From a virus: a DNA stretch of 33,565 nucleotides. Location: positions 1-33,565 of IMG/VR virus record IMGVR_UViG_3300003635_000015; one strand, given 5' to 3'. Both the position numbers and the translations under genes were made by a program. Numbering within the stretch: the first letter of the stretch is position 1; each line of letters begins with the position of its first letter. Shown here in pieces: positions 8,728 through 15,694 of the stretch. The notes beneath the pieces are model-generated. The model did not search any database, was not told where the DNA came from, and saw only the letters and a list, made by a program, of their open reading frames with translations.

Positions 8728-9133
8728 TATATCGGACCTAATACGGGGCTGGGATTACCAGGCGGATATATACGCCGATAACTGGGAAATCCTGGTCCCG
8801 GATGCCGACGGGGCGTACCGGGGCGATTGCGACGATTTCGCCGTAACCGCCCTTTACCTTGTAAGCGGCGAGAGCTTAACGAAATTTTGGCGTGCACTTT
8901 TGACCAGGCGCGCTAAAATACATTTCGTACAGGTCGGCGGGGTCGGCCATGCAGTTTTGGAATGCCAGGGGCGTTACATTGATAACATACAAAGGCGGTG
9001 GGTAACGCTCGACGAGTTGACGAACAGCGAACCACCATACGATTTTAAGTTCCGGTGCTGGGTACCGTTTATCGCGGTAAAAATGGCCCTGGGAAAACTA
9101 AAACGGTGGTACGAATGGATCAAACAATCGTGA
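8720..9133 (+). CDS. Transglutaminase-like cysteine peptidase (BTLCP / C93-like) protein
   Basis: The Cys-His-Asp motifs appear in BTLCP order: RGDCDDFAVTALYL, GHAVLEC and YIDN. The start overlaps the fibre gene stop by 8 nt. Confidence 0.55.
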   Translation: MPNISDLIRGWDYQADIYADNWEILVPDADGAYRGDCDDFAVTALYLVSGESLTKFWRALLTRRAKIHFVQVGGVGHAVLECQGRYIDNIQRRWVTLDELTNSEPPYDFKFRCWVPFIAVKMALGKLKRWYEWIKQS

Positions 9134-9381
9134 ATTGGATGTTGGCCGCATTCTCGGGGGTACTCGGGTTCCTTTTGCGGGCAATATGGCAGGCGGTTAC
9201 GGACCTGCAAAACAGCGATAAAGAAATAACCGAGAAAATTACAGCGATCGAGGTTTTGGTCGCAGGTAATTATATCAAGCGCGACGAGTTCGACCGGGCA
9301 ATACAACGGATATTCGAAAAACTCGACCATATCGATGCAAAGATCGACGGCAAGCGCGACCGCGATTATACACCCAGGTAA
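9115..9381 (+). CDS. Small membrane protein (one N-terminal TM helix plus a coiled-coil tail)
   Basis: I chose the internal ATG at 9115 of track ORF 9055-9381. The product starts MDQTIVNWMLAAFSGVLGFLLRAIW (TM helix) and continues as a charged heptad-like segment. The upstream 20 codons lie inside the previous gene and are Lys/Gly/Thr-rich and basic, unlike the rest of the product. Confidence 0.55.
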   Translation: MDQTIVNWMLAAFSGVLGFLLRAIWQAVTDLQNSDKEITEKITAIEVLVAGNYIKRDEFDRAIQRIFEKLDHIDAKIDGKRDRDYTPR

Positions 9382-9394
9382 ACGAGGTTAACCC

Positions 9395-10141
9395 ATGCCG
9401 TACCAATTCGACAAAAACGACACAATCGCCCCGCTAATTGATATCGCACGCGGCCATTATAACGAGTTCCGGCCGGTGCAATTATTCGGGTTTAATCGTT
9501 CGGTCGGTACGGATTTTGAAACCATTTATAACAACGGCGGCGGCCTGTACCCGTTCCCGGCAGCAGCGGGCACGATTAGCGCAGTAAGCAGCGCAGCCGA
9601 TACGATGGGCGTATATATCGAAGGTTTGGACGCCAATTACGCGCCAATAAGCGAAACGATTACCCTTACCGGCACCACCCCGGCCATCGGCAGCAAATCG
9701 TTTTTACGCGTTAACAAGGCCAGGATTACCGCGAGCAATAACGCCGGGAATATTACGTTAACGATCGGCAGCGACACGGTGGCGTATATCGAGGCGACGA
9801 CCGGCACGCACCAGGCGATCGCCTACACCACCCCAGCAGATACGAAACTGTTTATTGCTGGCGTATCGTTCGCCTCGGGCACGGTTAACCCGAACAAGTA
9901 TTTAACCGGGCGAGCCTGTATCGAAACCCAGGGCGGCCCGGAGTTGCATTTTTGGCAATCGACCTGGTCGCTCGGGTTCCTGCAATTCGACGTTAAAATG
10001 CCGTTCGTTATTCCGCCCCGGACCGATTTTTCCCTCGAGGTTAAATCGAGCAGCGGCGAAAACGAAATCGATTGTTTCGTAAACGCATTCCTCGAGGCCG
10101 ACGGTTGGATCGTCGACGCACTCGCCAGGGAATGGGAATAA
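9395..10141 (+). CDS. Hypothetical beta-rich protein, possibly virion- or tail-associated
   Basis: The RBS is GAGGT and the codon and CpG style match the core genome. The sequence is rich in Thr, Ser, Gly and Ala with short alternating hydrophobic runs. I recognised no catalytic motif. Confidence 0.45.
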   Translation: MPYQFDKNDTIAPLIDIARGHYNEFRPVQLFGFNRSVGTDFETIYNNGGGLYPFPAAAGTISAVSSAADTMGVYIEGLDANYAPISETITLTGTTPAIGSKSFLRVNKARITASNNAGNITLTIGSDTVAYIEATTGTHQAIAYTTPADTKLFIAGVSFASGTVNPNKYLTGRACIETQGGPELHFWQSTWSLGFLQFDVKMPFVIPPRTDFSLEVKSSSGENEIDCFVNAFLEADGWIVDALAREWE

Positions 10142-10157
10142 CAGAAAGGGCGTACCG

Positions 10158-10571
10158 ATGGCCATTGGATTAACAGACCTTATCGCCGGGATATTCAAAC
10201 CGGCGGCCGATTTAATCGACGACTTGCACACCAGCGAGGAAGAAAAACTCGAGCAAAAACGACTATTGCTCGAGGTCCAGGCGCGGGCAATGGACCGCGT
10301 GCACGAATACAATTCGCAGCTACTCGAGGGCCAGGCGAAAATCGTTAACAGCGAGGCGTCGTCCGAACACTGGTTAACGGCAAACTGGCGCCCTCTGGTA
10401 ATGCTTACCTTTACCGGCCTGGTCGTGGCCCGTTTCCTGGGATTCGAGGCCGAGGGTATGACCGACGCCGAATACGAGTCGCTTTGGAACCTAATTACAA
10501 TCGGCCTCGGCGGCTACATTGCCGGGCGATCCGCAGAAAAGGCGATCAAAACGTACAAGTCGAGCGAATAG
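10158..10571 (+). CDS. Holin (GTA_holin_3TM-like)
   Basis: The N-terminal segment is amphipathic (LIAGIFKPAADLIDDLHTSEEEKLEQKRLLLEVQ). It is followed by WRPLVMLTFTGLVVARFLGF and LWNLITIGLGGYIAG hydrophobic helices. The gene lies immediately upstream of the endolysin. Confidence 0.65.
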   Translation: MAIGLTDLIAGIFKPAADLIDDLHTSEEEKLEQKRLLLEVQARAMDRVHEYNSQLLEGQAKIVNSEASSEHWLTANWRPLVMLTFTGLVVARFLGFEAEGMTDAEYESLWNLITIGLGGYIAGRSAEKAIKTYKSSE

Positions 10572-10584
10572 AAAGGCCTTGTAT

Positions 10585-10977
10585 ATGAACGGTTTTAAAT
10601 TCAGCAAGCGATCGCTGGAACGAATGGACGGCGTGCACGACGACCTGGTACGCGTGGCGCATTACGCCCTGGCGATTAGTAAGGTCGATTTCGGTATCCC
10701 GGAATACGGCGGTTTACGCACGGCGGAACAGCAGCGGACCCTATTTAACGACGGCAAAAGCAAGGCCGACGGCGTCCGTAACAAGTCGTACCACCAAACC
10801 GGGCGCGCCCTGGACGTATACGCGTTCGTCGACGGTCGGGCGTCCTGGGACGAACACCACCTCGCAATGGTCGCGGCGGCCATGCTGCAAGCGGCCAGCC
10901 ATTGCGGCGTCGCGCTCGAATGGGGCGGCCTTTGGCGGTCCTTTATCGATATGCCGCATTTTCAAATCCGGGAATAA
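10585..10977 (+). CDS. Endolysin, M15 family (VanY / L-alanyl-D-glutamate peptidase-like)
   Basis: I chose the internal ATG at 10585 (RBS GAAAGG). The zinc-ligand motifs are SYHQTGRALDV and DMPHF. It is the last gene of the late operon. Confidence 0.8.
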   Translation: MNGFKFSKRSLERMDGVHDDLVRVAHYALAISKVDFGIPEYGGLRTAEQQRTLFNDGKSKADGVRNKSYHQTGRALDVYAFVDGRASWDEHHLAMVAAAMLQAASHCGVALEWGGLWRSFIDMPHFQIRE

Positions 10978-10981
10978 AAAA

Positions 10982-11002
10982 GCCCAGGCGCGAAGCCTGG
11001 GC
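10982..11002 (-). terminator. Rho-independent terminator at the convergent junction of the late and leftward operons
   Basis: The hairpin is GCCCAGGC (10982-10989), loop GCGAA, GCCTGGGC (10995-11002). On the minus strand a TTTTTTATT run follows it. On the plus strand it is preceded by AAAAA and has no T-run after it, so it is mainly a minus-strand terminator. Confidence 0.7.
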
Positions 11003-11085
11003 AATTAGACCTTTAGGAGTTAGCGGCGCCGGGGAGGTCAAACGCCGCACGATCAGCATACCAAACCAGGCGCGCAGCGCGAACC

Positions 11086-11262
11086 CTATTTTTTCTCTGG
11101 TGGCGTTTTAAGGCGGTTATTCGCGACCAGGGGAATTTGCCCGGCGTCGAGTTCCCAGGGCCAGGTGCGCGAACAATCGGCACAAATCCGTTTGTTTTGA
11201 CTCGACAGCCCAATAAGCGGGCCACCGCAGGCCGGGCAGGTTTTGCGTAAATCCTTATTCAC
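11086..11262 (-). CDS. Small zinc-ribbon protein (58 aa), not in the ORF track
   Basis: The GTG start overlaps the upstream stop (GGTGAATAA). The hand translation is VNKDLRKTCPACGGPLIGLSSQNKRICADCSRTWPWELDAGQIPLVANNRLKTPPEKK, with two CxxC pairs. The competing track ORF 11013-11225 is in another frame and has no motif. Confidence 0.6.
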   Translation of the reverse strand: MNKDLRKTCPACGGPLIGLSSQNKRICADCSRTWPWELDAGQIPLVANNRLKTPPEKK

Positions 11263-11395
11263 CAGCCCAGGCCCAGGTTAGCGACCAAACGCCGTCGCGG
11301 CGTACGGCGATAATATTCGTTACCTGGCGTTCGAACCCGGCGACGTACTGGATAAGCGCGGAAAAGTCGCGACCCTGTTTAACGTGCTTTTGCAT
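11255..11395 (-). CDS. Hypothetical 46-aa protein, not in the ORF track
   Basis: The ATG is preceded by AAGGGGG. The hand translation is MQKHVKQGRDFSALIQYVAGFERQVTNIIAVRRDGVWSLTWAWAGE. It is tightly coupled to both neighbours. Confidence 0.5.
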   Translation of the reverse strand: MQKHVKQGRDFSALIQYVAGFERQVTNIIAVRRDGVWSLTWAWAGE

Positions 11396-11406
11396 GATAA
11401 CCCCCT

Positions 11407-11532
11407 TTAACCGACAAAAAGCGGCAGAAAAACAAACAGGCCGATGCCCAGGATAAACAGGGAAACGGCGCCCAAAATATCGCCGACGATCGATTCGTCC
11501 AGGCGGCGCAAGTATTCGATAACGTTTTGCAT
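11407..11532 (-). CDS. Hypothetical 41-aa single-pass membrane peptide, not in the ORF track
   Basis: The ATG is preceded by GAGGGG. The hand translation is MQNVIEYLRRLDESIVGDILGAVSLFILGIGLFVFLPLFVG, with a C-terminal hydrophobic helix. Confidence 0.5.
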   Translation of the reverse strand: MQNVIEYLRRLDESIVGDILGAVSLFILGIGLFVFLPLFVG

Positions 11533-11567
11533 AATAAACCCCTCGGGTTGTTGTTGTGGATAACTTT

Positions 11568-11597
11568 ACATTATCCGCAAATTTACACGAGGCGCAA
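11568..11597 (-). promoter_or_regulatory. Candidate sigma70-type promoter for the micro-ORF cluster
   Basis: On the minus strand I read TTGCGC (11597-11592), an 18-nt spacer and TAATGT (11573-11568), in the 72-bp gap after the VRR-NUC gene. The inverted repeat GGATAA/TTATCC (11558-11563 and 11571-11576) overlaps the -10 element. Confidence 0.3.
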
Positions 11598-11604
11598 CAC
11601 TTTT

Positions 11605-11943
11605 TTACCTTGCGAGGTAATTATTTACCTGGTCGATCGCGTCGTCGCACCCTTTGCATACCAGGACGGTATGGCCCAGGCCCTCGAGGTACTCGATCCA
11701 GCCCTTTTGATGGTCCGATAATTTCCCGCCCTTTTGCCGTTTCATTTCGACCCACAGCGACCAGGCGGGGACGTACAGGTCCGGGACGCCTGGCAGCACG
11801 CCCTCGAGCTTTAACTGCATGGCGGTTGCTTTTGACCTGGCGCCACCATTAGGGATCGCAAATATGCGAACCCCTCGGTATTGCTGGCGGAACCAAACGA
11901 CGAAATTACGTTGCTCGATATGCTCGGTTGGTATTGTGCTCAA
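11605..11943 (-). CDS. VRR-NUC domain nuclease
   Basis: The PD-(D/E)xK-type pattern is EHIEQRNFVVW...IPNGG...GVPDLYV...LWVEMKRQKGGKLSDHQKGWIEYL. The apparent start is TTG, overlapping the upstream stop (TTGA). Confidence 0.75.
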   Translation of the reverse strand: MSTIPTEHIEQRNFVVWFRQQYRGVRIFAIPNGGARSKATAMQLKLEGVLPGVPDLYVPAWSLWVEMKRQKGGKLSDHQKGWIEYLEGLGHTVLVCKGCDDAIDQVNNYLAR

Positions 11944-12152
11944 AACGGTACCTCGTCGCTAAAATCCGGGCATTCGGCAGAGCCATACGATACGAAATCG
12001 TCGGGCGGCCGAACCCCGGCCAGGTTACAAATTCCGTCGTGCGAATAATGCTCGCAGGTATGGCAGCACTTAGGCACGGCGTTAGTTAGTAGGCGGATTT
12101 CCCGCCAAACCCGTAAAAACTCGGGTTCCGGTGGTCGTTTGTTATCAGTCAT
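11940..12152 (-). CDS. Small Cys-rich hypothetical protein
   Basis: The sequence contains CCHTCEHYSHDGIC...ECPDF. The gene overlaps both neighbours (8 nt upstream, 4 nt downstream) and has core-genome codon style. Confidence 0.6.
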   Translation of the reverse strand: MTDNKRPPEPEFLRVWREIRLLTNAVPKCCHTCEHYSHDGICNLAGVRPPDDFVSYGSAECPDFSDEVPF

Positions 12153-13737
12153 TAAACACCCTTTCTTTTATATCGAAAAACTTTCCGTTTTTCGCGTACT
12201 TGATTAAACCAGGCGGTGGCAATCGCCCCATAAGGTGCGCGATATCCGAAAGGCACGAACACGTTTGGATTTCACGCTTTGCCGCCAGGTCGTCGTTTGT
12301 CAGTTCGAACAGCGTACGGCGTGCACGCTGCCCGGCGTACCCGTCGTGCATTACGGTAACGTATTCCTTTACCGGTGGATCGGATAAGGCGCCGTAATAC
12401 GTAACGACCAGCATTTCGATACCGGTTTTTCGGCTTTCCTGGGTCGTCCATTTCCAGGACGTAACCTCGAGGTCGTCCAGGCCGCCCCCCATAATATCGA
12501 CGTCGTGCAGTTCGTAACGTTTCTCGGGCGCTGGAAATTCGTACCCGCACGCCTCGCACGCCCTGGCTGATAGGTGGACGATTTCGTCGCAGTTGGGGCA
12601 GAGCTTTACCGGCGCCTCGCCGGTGCCCTTGCTGCCCTGGCGCGGCGGTCGTACGGCCGTAATCGGTCCGTGCGTTTGTACGCACCCGGCGAAATCTAAT
12701 ACTAGGCAATGGTCAGCCTTAGACTTTAGTCGCATTCCTCGGCCTACCATTTGAACGTATAGCGTCGGCGATAGCGTCGGGCGCAGCATAGCGATAAGGT
12801 CGATATCCGGGTAATCGAACCCCGTCGTAAGCACGTTCGCGTTTGTCAGGGCGCGAATACGCCCGGCCTTATACTCGGCCAGGATACGGTCGCGTTCGGC
12901 CGTGGGGGTGTCGCCAGTCACGCAGGCGGCGGTTATTCCGTACTCGGTCAGCAAGTCGGCGATCGATTCGGCGTGCTTTACCCCGGTGCAGAAAAACAGC
13001 CAGGCGCGACGGTTGCCCGCCAGCTTGATAACCTCGCGGACGACCTGGTCGTTTTGCATCGGCGTATTAACGGCAGCCTGCAATTCCTTTTCGATGTATT
13101 CGCCCCCGCGTTTGTGTACGCCGTCGGTTTCGAGTTTTAGGTCGGTAACCTTTGACCGGACCGGCGCCAGGTAACCCCGGTGGACCAGTTCCTCGACCGT
13201 TACCGGTTCGATCAGGTCGTCGAATAGGGCGTCGCCGTCGGTAATGTAACCATGCCCCAGGCGGTACGGCGTGGCCGTTAACCCGATAACGCGCAGCGCC
13301 GGGTTTATCGCCTCGAGGTCGCCGATCAGTTTACGGTAACCGCCCTCGTCGCGGTGGTTGATTAGGTGGCATTCGTCGACGATAACCAGGTCGACGTGGC
13401 CCAGCTTTTCGGCCTTGTTGCGTACCGACTGGATACCGGCAAACGTGATCGGTTCGCCCAGGTCACGCTTTCGCAGCCCGGCCGAGTAAATACCCAGGGG
13501 CGCGCCTGGCCAATGCTGGCGCATTTTCTCGGCGTTTTGTTCGATCAGTTCCCGGACGTGCGTTAACATAAGGACCCGCGTTTCGGGCCAGCTTTGCAGC
13601 GCGTCCTTACATAGCGCGGCGACGACGTGCGATTTACCGGCACCGGTGGGCAGCACCAGGCACGGGTGGCCCTGGTCGTTACCCCGGAACCATTCGTAAA
13701 GGTGGTCGATTGCCCGTTGTTGATAATCCCGCAGCAT
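12145..13737 (-). CDS. Superfamily 2 DEAD/DEAH-box helicase with an internal zinc ribbon
   Basis: It has the Q-motif-like LRDYQQRAI, Walker A LPTGAGKS, DECH, the helicase C motifs TNANVLTTGFDYP and QMVGRGMR, and CPNCDEIV...CEACGYEF. Confidence 0.85.
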   Translation of the reverse strand: MLRDYQQRAIDHLYEWFRGNDQGHPCLVLPTGAGKSHVVAALCKDALQSWPETRVLMLTHVRELIEQNAEKMRQHWPGAPLGIYSAGLRKRDLGEPITFAGIQSVRNKAEKLGHVDLVIVDECHLINHRDEGGYRKLIGDLEAINPALRVIGLTATPYRLGHGYITDGDALFDDLIEPVTVEELVHRGYLAPVRSKVTDLKLETDGVHKRGGEYIEKELQAAVNTPMQNDQVVREVIKLAGNRRAWLFFCTGVKHAESIADLLTEYGITAACVTGDTPTAERDRILAEYKAGRIRALTNANVLTTGFDYPDIDLIAMLRPTLSPTLYVQMVGRGMRLKSKADHCLVLDFAGCVQTHGPITAVRPPRQGSKGTGEAPVKLCPNCDEIVHLSARACEACGYEFPAPEKRYELHDVDIMGGGLDDLEVTSWKWTTQESRKTGIEMLVVTYYGALSDPPVKEYVTVMHDGYAGQRARRTLFELTNDDLAAKREIQTCSCLSDIAHLMGRLPPPGLIKYAKNGKFFDIKERVFND

Positions 13738-13743
13738 ACGCCA

Positions 13744-14769
13744 CTACCTCACAATTTTTGCGCCTGGAAAATGCTTTTTAACCTCGTGCACAAATTCGTC
13801 GTCGAGCGAGCATATTTTCGGGTTGGCGATAATTTCGGTCGAGCAGTAACCGCCCTCGCCGTTTATTACCGGCTTGCCCTCGATGATATACACGGGTTCC
13901 CATTCGGTGCTGGCGTCCTGGTCCATTTCCCAGGGCACCAGGTCCGGGTGCAGCGCGTGGTTATCGCAGCCCGTACGCTGGAATTCGACCGGGATACCGT
14001 CGGCCTGGTGGCGTTCACAGCGCCAGGTCGAGTCGCTGCACGGCGTCGAATGCGCGCAGGTGCGACAATTTACCGCAGGCAGCGCGCCCTTATGGCAAAA
14101 TTCGTGGTAATTGCACATTCGGCACTGGTACCAGGTCGGGTCGTTCGATATCGGCGGCGGTGGTGCAGGTTCGGCGACGATCCGGTGCCCTCGATCGACG
14201 TATGCCTGGGCGCGTTCCTTGTCGAGTTTGACCCGCTCGAAATAATACCGGTCGTCGTCCTTACATACGGCGACGTACAAAGCCCGGTCGATTTCCGACC
14301 CCAGCATATAAACCTGGCACTGGGCGAAATGTTGCGGCTTGGATTTCTCGAGGCCGTTTTTTTCCAGGTCGTCGAACGACTTTTTACCGTGGGTTTTGAA
14401 TTCCAGGACGTGGCGCGATTTCGGGGCCTCGGGTACGCCGGAATTCGCGATCCCGTCCATACTACCCGATACGTGATTACCAAAGTCGACCCGGTCCTGG
14501 GCGCCCCCGGTGGTTTTGACGTCGACGCCGATTGCCCGCAGGTCGGAAATAATAATCCGTTCCTCGTTTTGCCCTCGGCGGAAAAGGCGCAGGATACGCC
14601 CAGGGAACCGCTCAGGGCGCGCCCAGCGAAAAGATAACCAAAGGTACCGGTCGCAATGATGGCCGAGCAGGGACGCGCCCAGGTGCGGCCGTGGGTCGTC
14701 CTGGTGGGCCTCGTGGTGCTGGTCGATCAGCGTCGCGGTGCTTACGGTTGGTTCGGGAATAATTGCCAT
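13744..14769 (-). CDS. PD-(D/E)xK exonuclease, Cas4/RecB-like, with Cys clusters
   Basis: The nuclease motifs are D(GIANSG)...EFK...QCQVY. The Cas4-type Cys pattern is an N-terminal HHCDRY plus CRMCNYHEFC (C-x2-C-x5-C). An extra C-terminal Cys/His cluster reads CRTCAHSTPCSDSTWRCERH...GCDNH. Confidence 0.7.
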   Translation of the reverse strand: MAIIPEPTVSTATLIDQHHEAHQDDPRPHLGASLLGHHCDRYLWLSFRWARPERFPGRILRLFRRGQNEERIIISDLRAIGVDVKTTGGAQDRVDFGNHVSGSMDGIANSGVPEAPKSRHVLEFKTHGKKSFDDLEKNGLEKSKPQHFAQCQVYMLGSEIDRALYVAVCKDDDRYYFERVKLDKERAQAYVDRGHRIVAEPAPPPPISNDPTWYQCRMCNYHEFCHKGALPAVNCRTCAHSTPCSDSTWRCERHQADGIPVEFQRTGCDNHALHPDLVPWEMDQDASTEWEPVYIIEGKPVINGEGGYCSTEIIANPKICSLDDEFVHEVKKHFPGAKIVR

Positions 14770-14780
14770 TTCGTTACCTC

Positions 14781-14807
14781 AAATAAAAAGGGGCGCCGTA
14801 GCGCCCC
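14781..14807 (-). terminator. Rho-independent terminator inside the leftward operon
   Basis: The minus strand reads GGGGCGC-TACG-GCGCCCC followed by TTTTTATTT (stems at 14790-14796 and 14801-14807). It lies between the DUF669-like gene and the nuclease gene. The nuclease RBS (GAGGT) starts a few nt after the T-run. Confidence 0.7.
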
Positions 14808-14813
14808 AGGGTT

Positions 14814-15296
14814 TTACTTTTGCCAGGGCGCCTTGCTACCGCTCGAGGCCGGTTGCGACCCGCCGGACTGTGCCGACGGTTGCGGCGCAGCGGACCCGGC
14901 GATCGCCTTGTACCCTTTAACGTCGTTCGAATCGCCGTATTCCTCGGACTTGCGGATCGCGAGCTTAATTTCCAGTTCGCCACCGATTAGCTGGTCGGTG
15001 TCGCGGACCTTGGCGAGGCCGATTGCCCCCATAAGTTCGGCGAGTTGCTGGCGCCCGATTTCCTCGGCTTTCGGGTTCGGGTTTTTAATGTTCAGGTTGC
15101 CCCAAACGACCCGGCCCTCGTGCGTCGGCCCGGTAATGTCGTACCGTACGGCGATATACTGGCCGTTACCGGCTTTGGTATCGCGCAGGTCGGCGTCGTT
15201 AATTTTTGCGCGGTACCAGCCCGCCGGTAATGGGTCGTATTGCCCGCCGGTGGTTTCTACGGTTGACGCGTCGAATTCCTCGTTAAGAAATGCCAT
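14814..15296 (-). CDS. DUF669-like ssDNA-binding protein
   Basis: The sequence contains LPAGWYRAKI...GNGQYIAVRYDITGP...GRVVWGNLNI, followed by a low-complexity Ser/Gly/Pro/Ala tail. Its position next to a Sak4-like ATPase is the usual arrangement for this family. Confidence 0.65.
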   Translation of the reverse strand: MAFLNEEFDASTVETTGGQYDPLPAGWYRAKINDADLRDTKAGNGQYIAVRYDITGPTHEGRVVWGNLNIKNPNPKAEEIGRQQLAELMGAIGLAKVRDTDQLIGGELEIKLAIRKSEEYGDSNDVKGYKAIAGSAAPQPSAQSGGSQPASSGSKAPWQK

Positions 15297-15301
15297 TTTT
15301 G

Positions 15302-15694
15302 TTACCTCGCTTTGGTTTCGGTTGTGATATTAAAACTCGGGCGGCCCTCGCTGGTGGTGATCGCGTCGAGTAAGGGGTCCGTAATGGACGGGTCGGCAGC
15401 TTTCCAGGCGGCCAGGTTTAGGTCGGGTTTCCAGCGAAACAGCGTTCCCAGGTGATCGGTAAGGCCGTGCTCGGCCGCCAAATCCTGCAATAGGTCGCCG
15501 TCGATCCGACGGTTAAGTCGCGTCGTAACCTTGATCGTTACGCCGTCGAGCTTGGTTGTGGCCGATCCGTCCGGCTTGGAATTTACCAGGCCGATAAGTC
15601 GGTCCTCGATTTCGCGCCGGGCCTCGGTTGCCTGGCGTTCGGTTTCCTTTAGGGCCAGCCAGTCGCCGACCATTGCGTTAAGTTCGTCGTTCAT
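15302..15694 (-). CDS. Hypothetical protein of the recombination module
   Basis: An ATGA overlap joins it to the upstream ATPase gene. It has core codon style and I recognised no motif. Confidence 0.6.
   Translation of the reverse strand: MNDELNAMVGDWLALKETERQATEARREIEDRLIGLVNSKPDGSATTKLDGVTIKVTTRLNRRIDGDLLQDLAAEHGLTDHLGTLFRWKPDLNLAAWKAADPSITDPLLDAITTSEGRPSFNITTETKAR

Noticed and set aside
11013-11225. 70-aa minus-strand track ORF
   Set aside because: A different frame over the same DNA encodes a CxxC...CxxC zinc-ribbon peptide whose start is coupled to the upstream stop. The 70-aa product is Arg/Pro/Gly-rich and runs through the untranslated region toward the terminator.
13627-14637. 336-aa plus-strand ORF antisense to the Cas4-like nuclease gene
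   Set aside because: The product is Arg/Val/Pro/Ala/Gly-rich and low-complexity, with no motifs and no RBS. It lies opposite a gene that has clear catalytic motifs. Long antisense ORFs of this kind are expected in GC- and CpG-rich coding DNA.
14656-15327. 223-aa plus-strand ORF across the DUF669-like gene and the terminator
   Set aside because: It is antisense to a well-supported gene and crosses a terminator hairpin. The product is low-complexity and Ser/Pro/Arg-rich.
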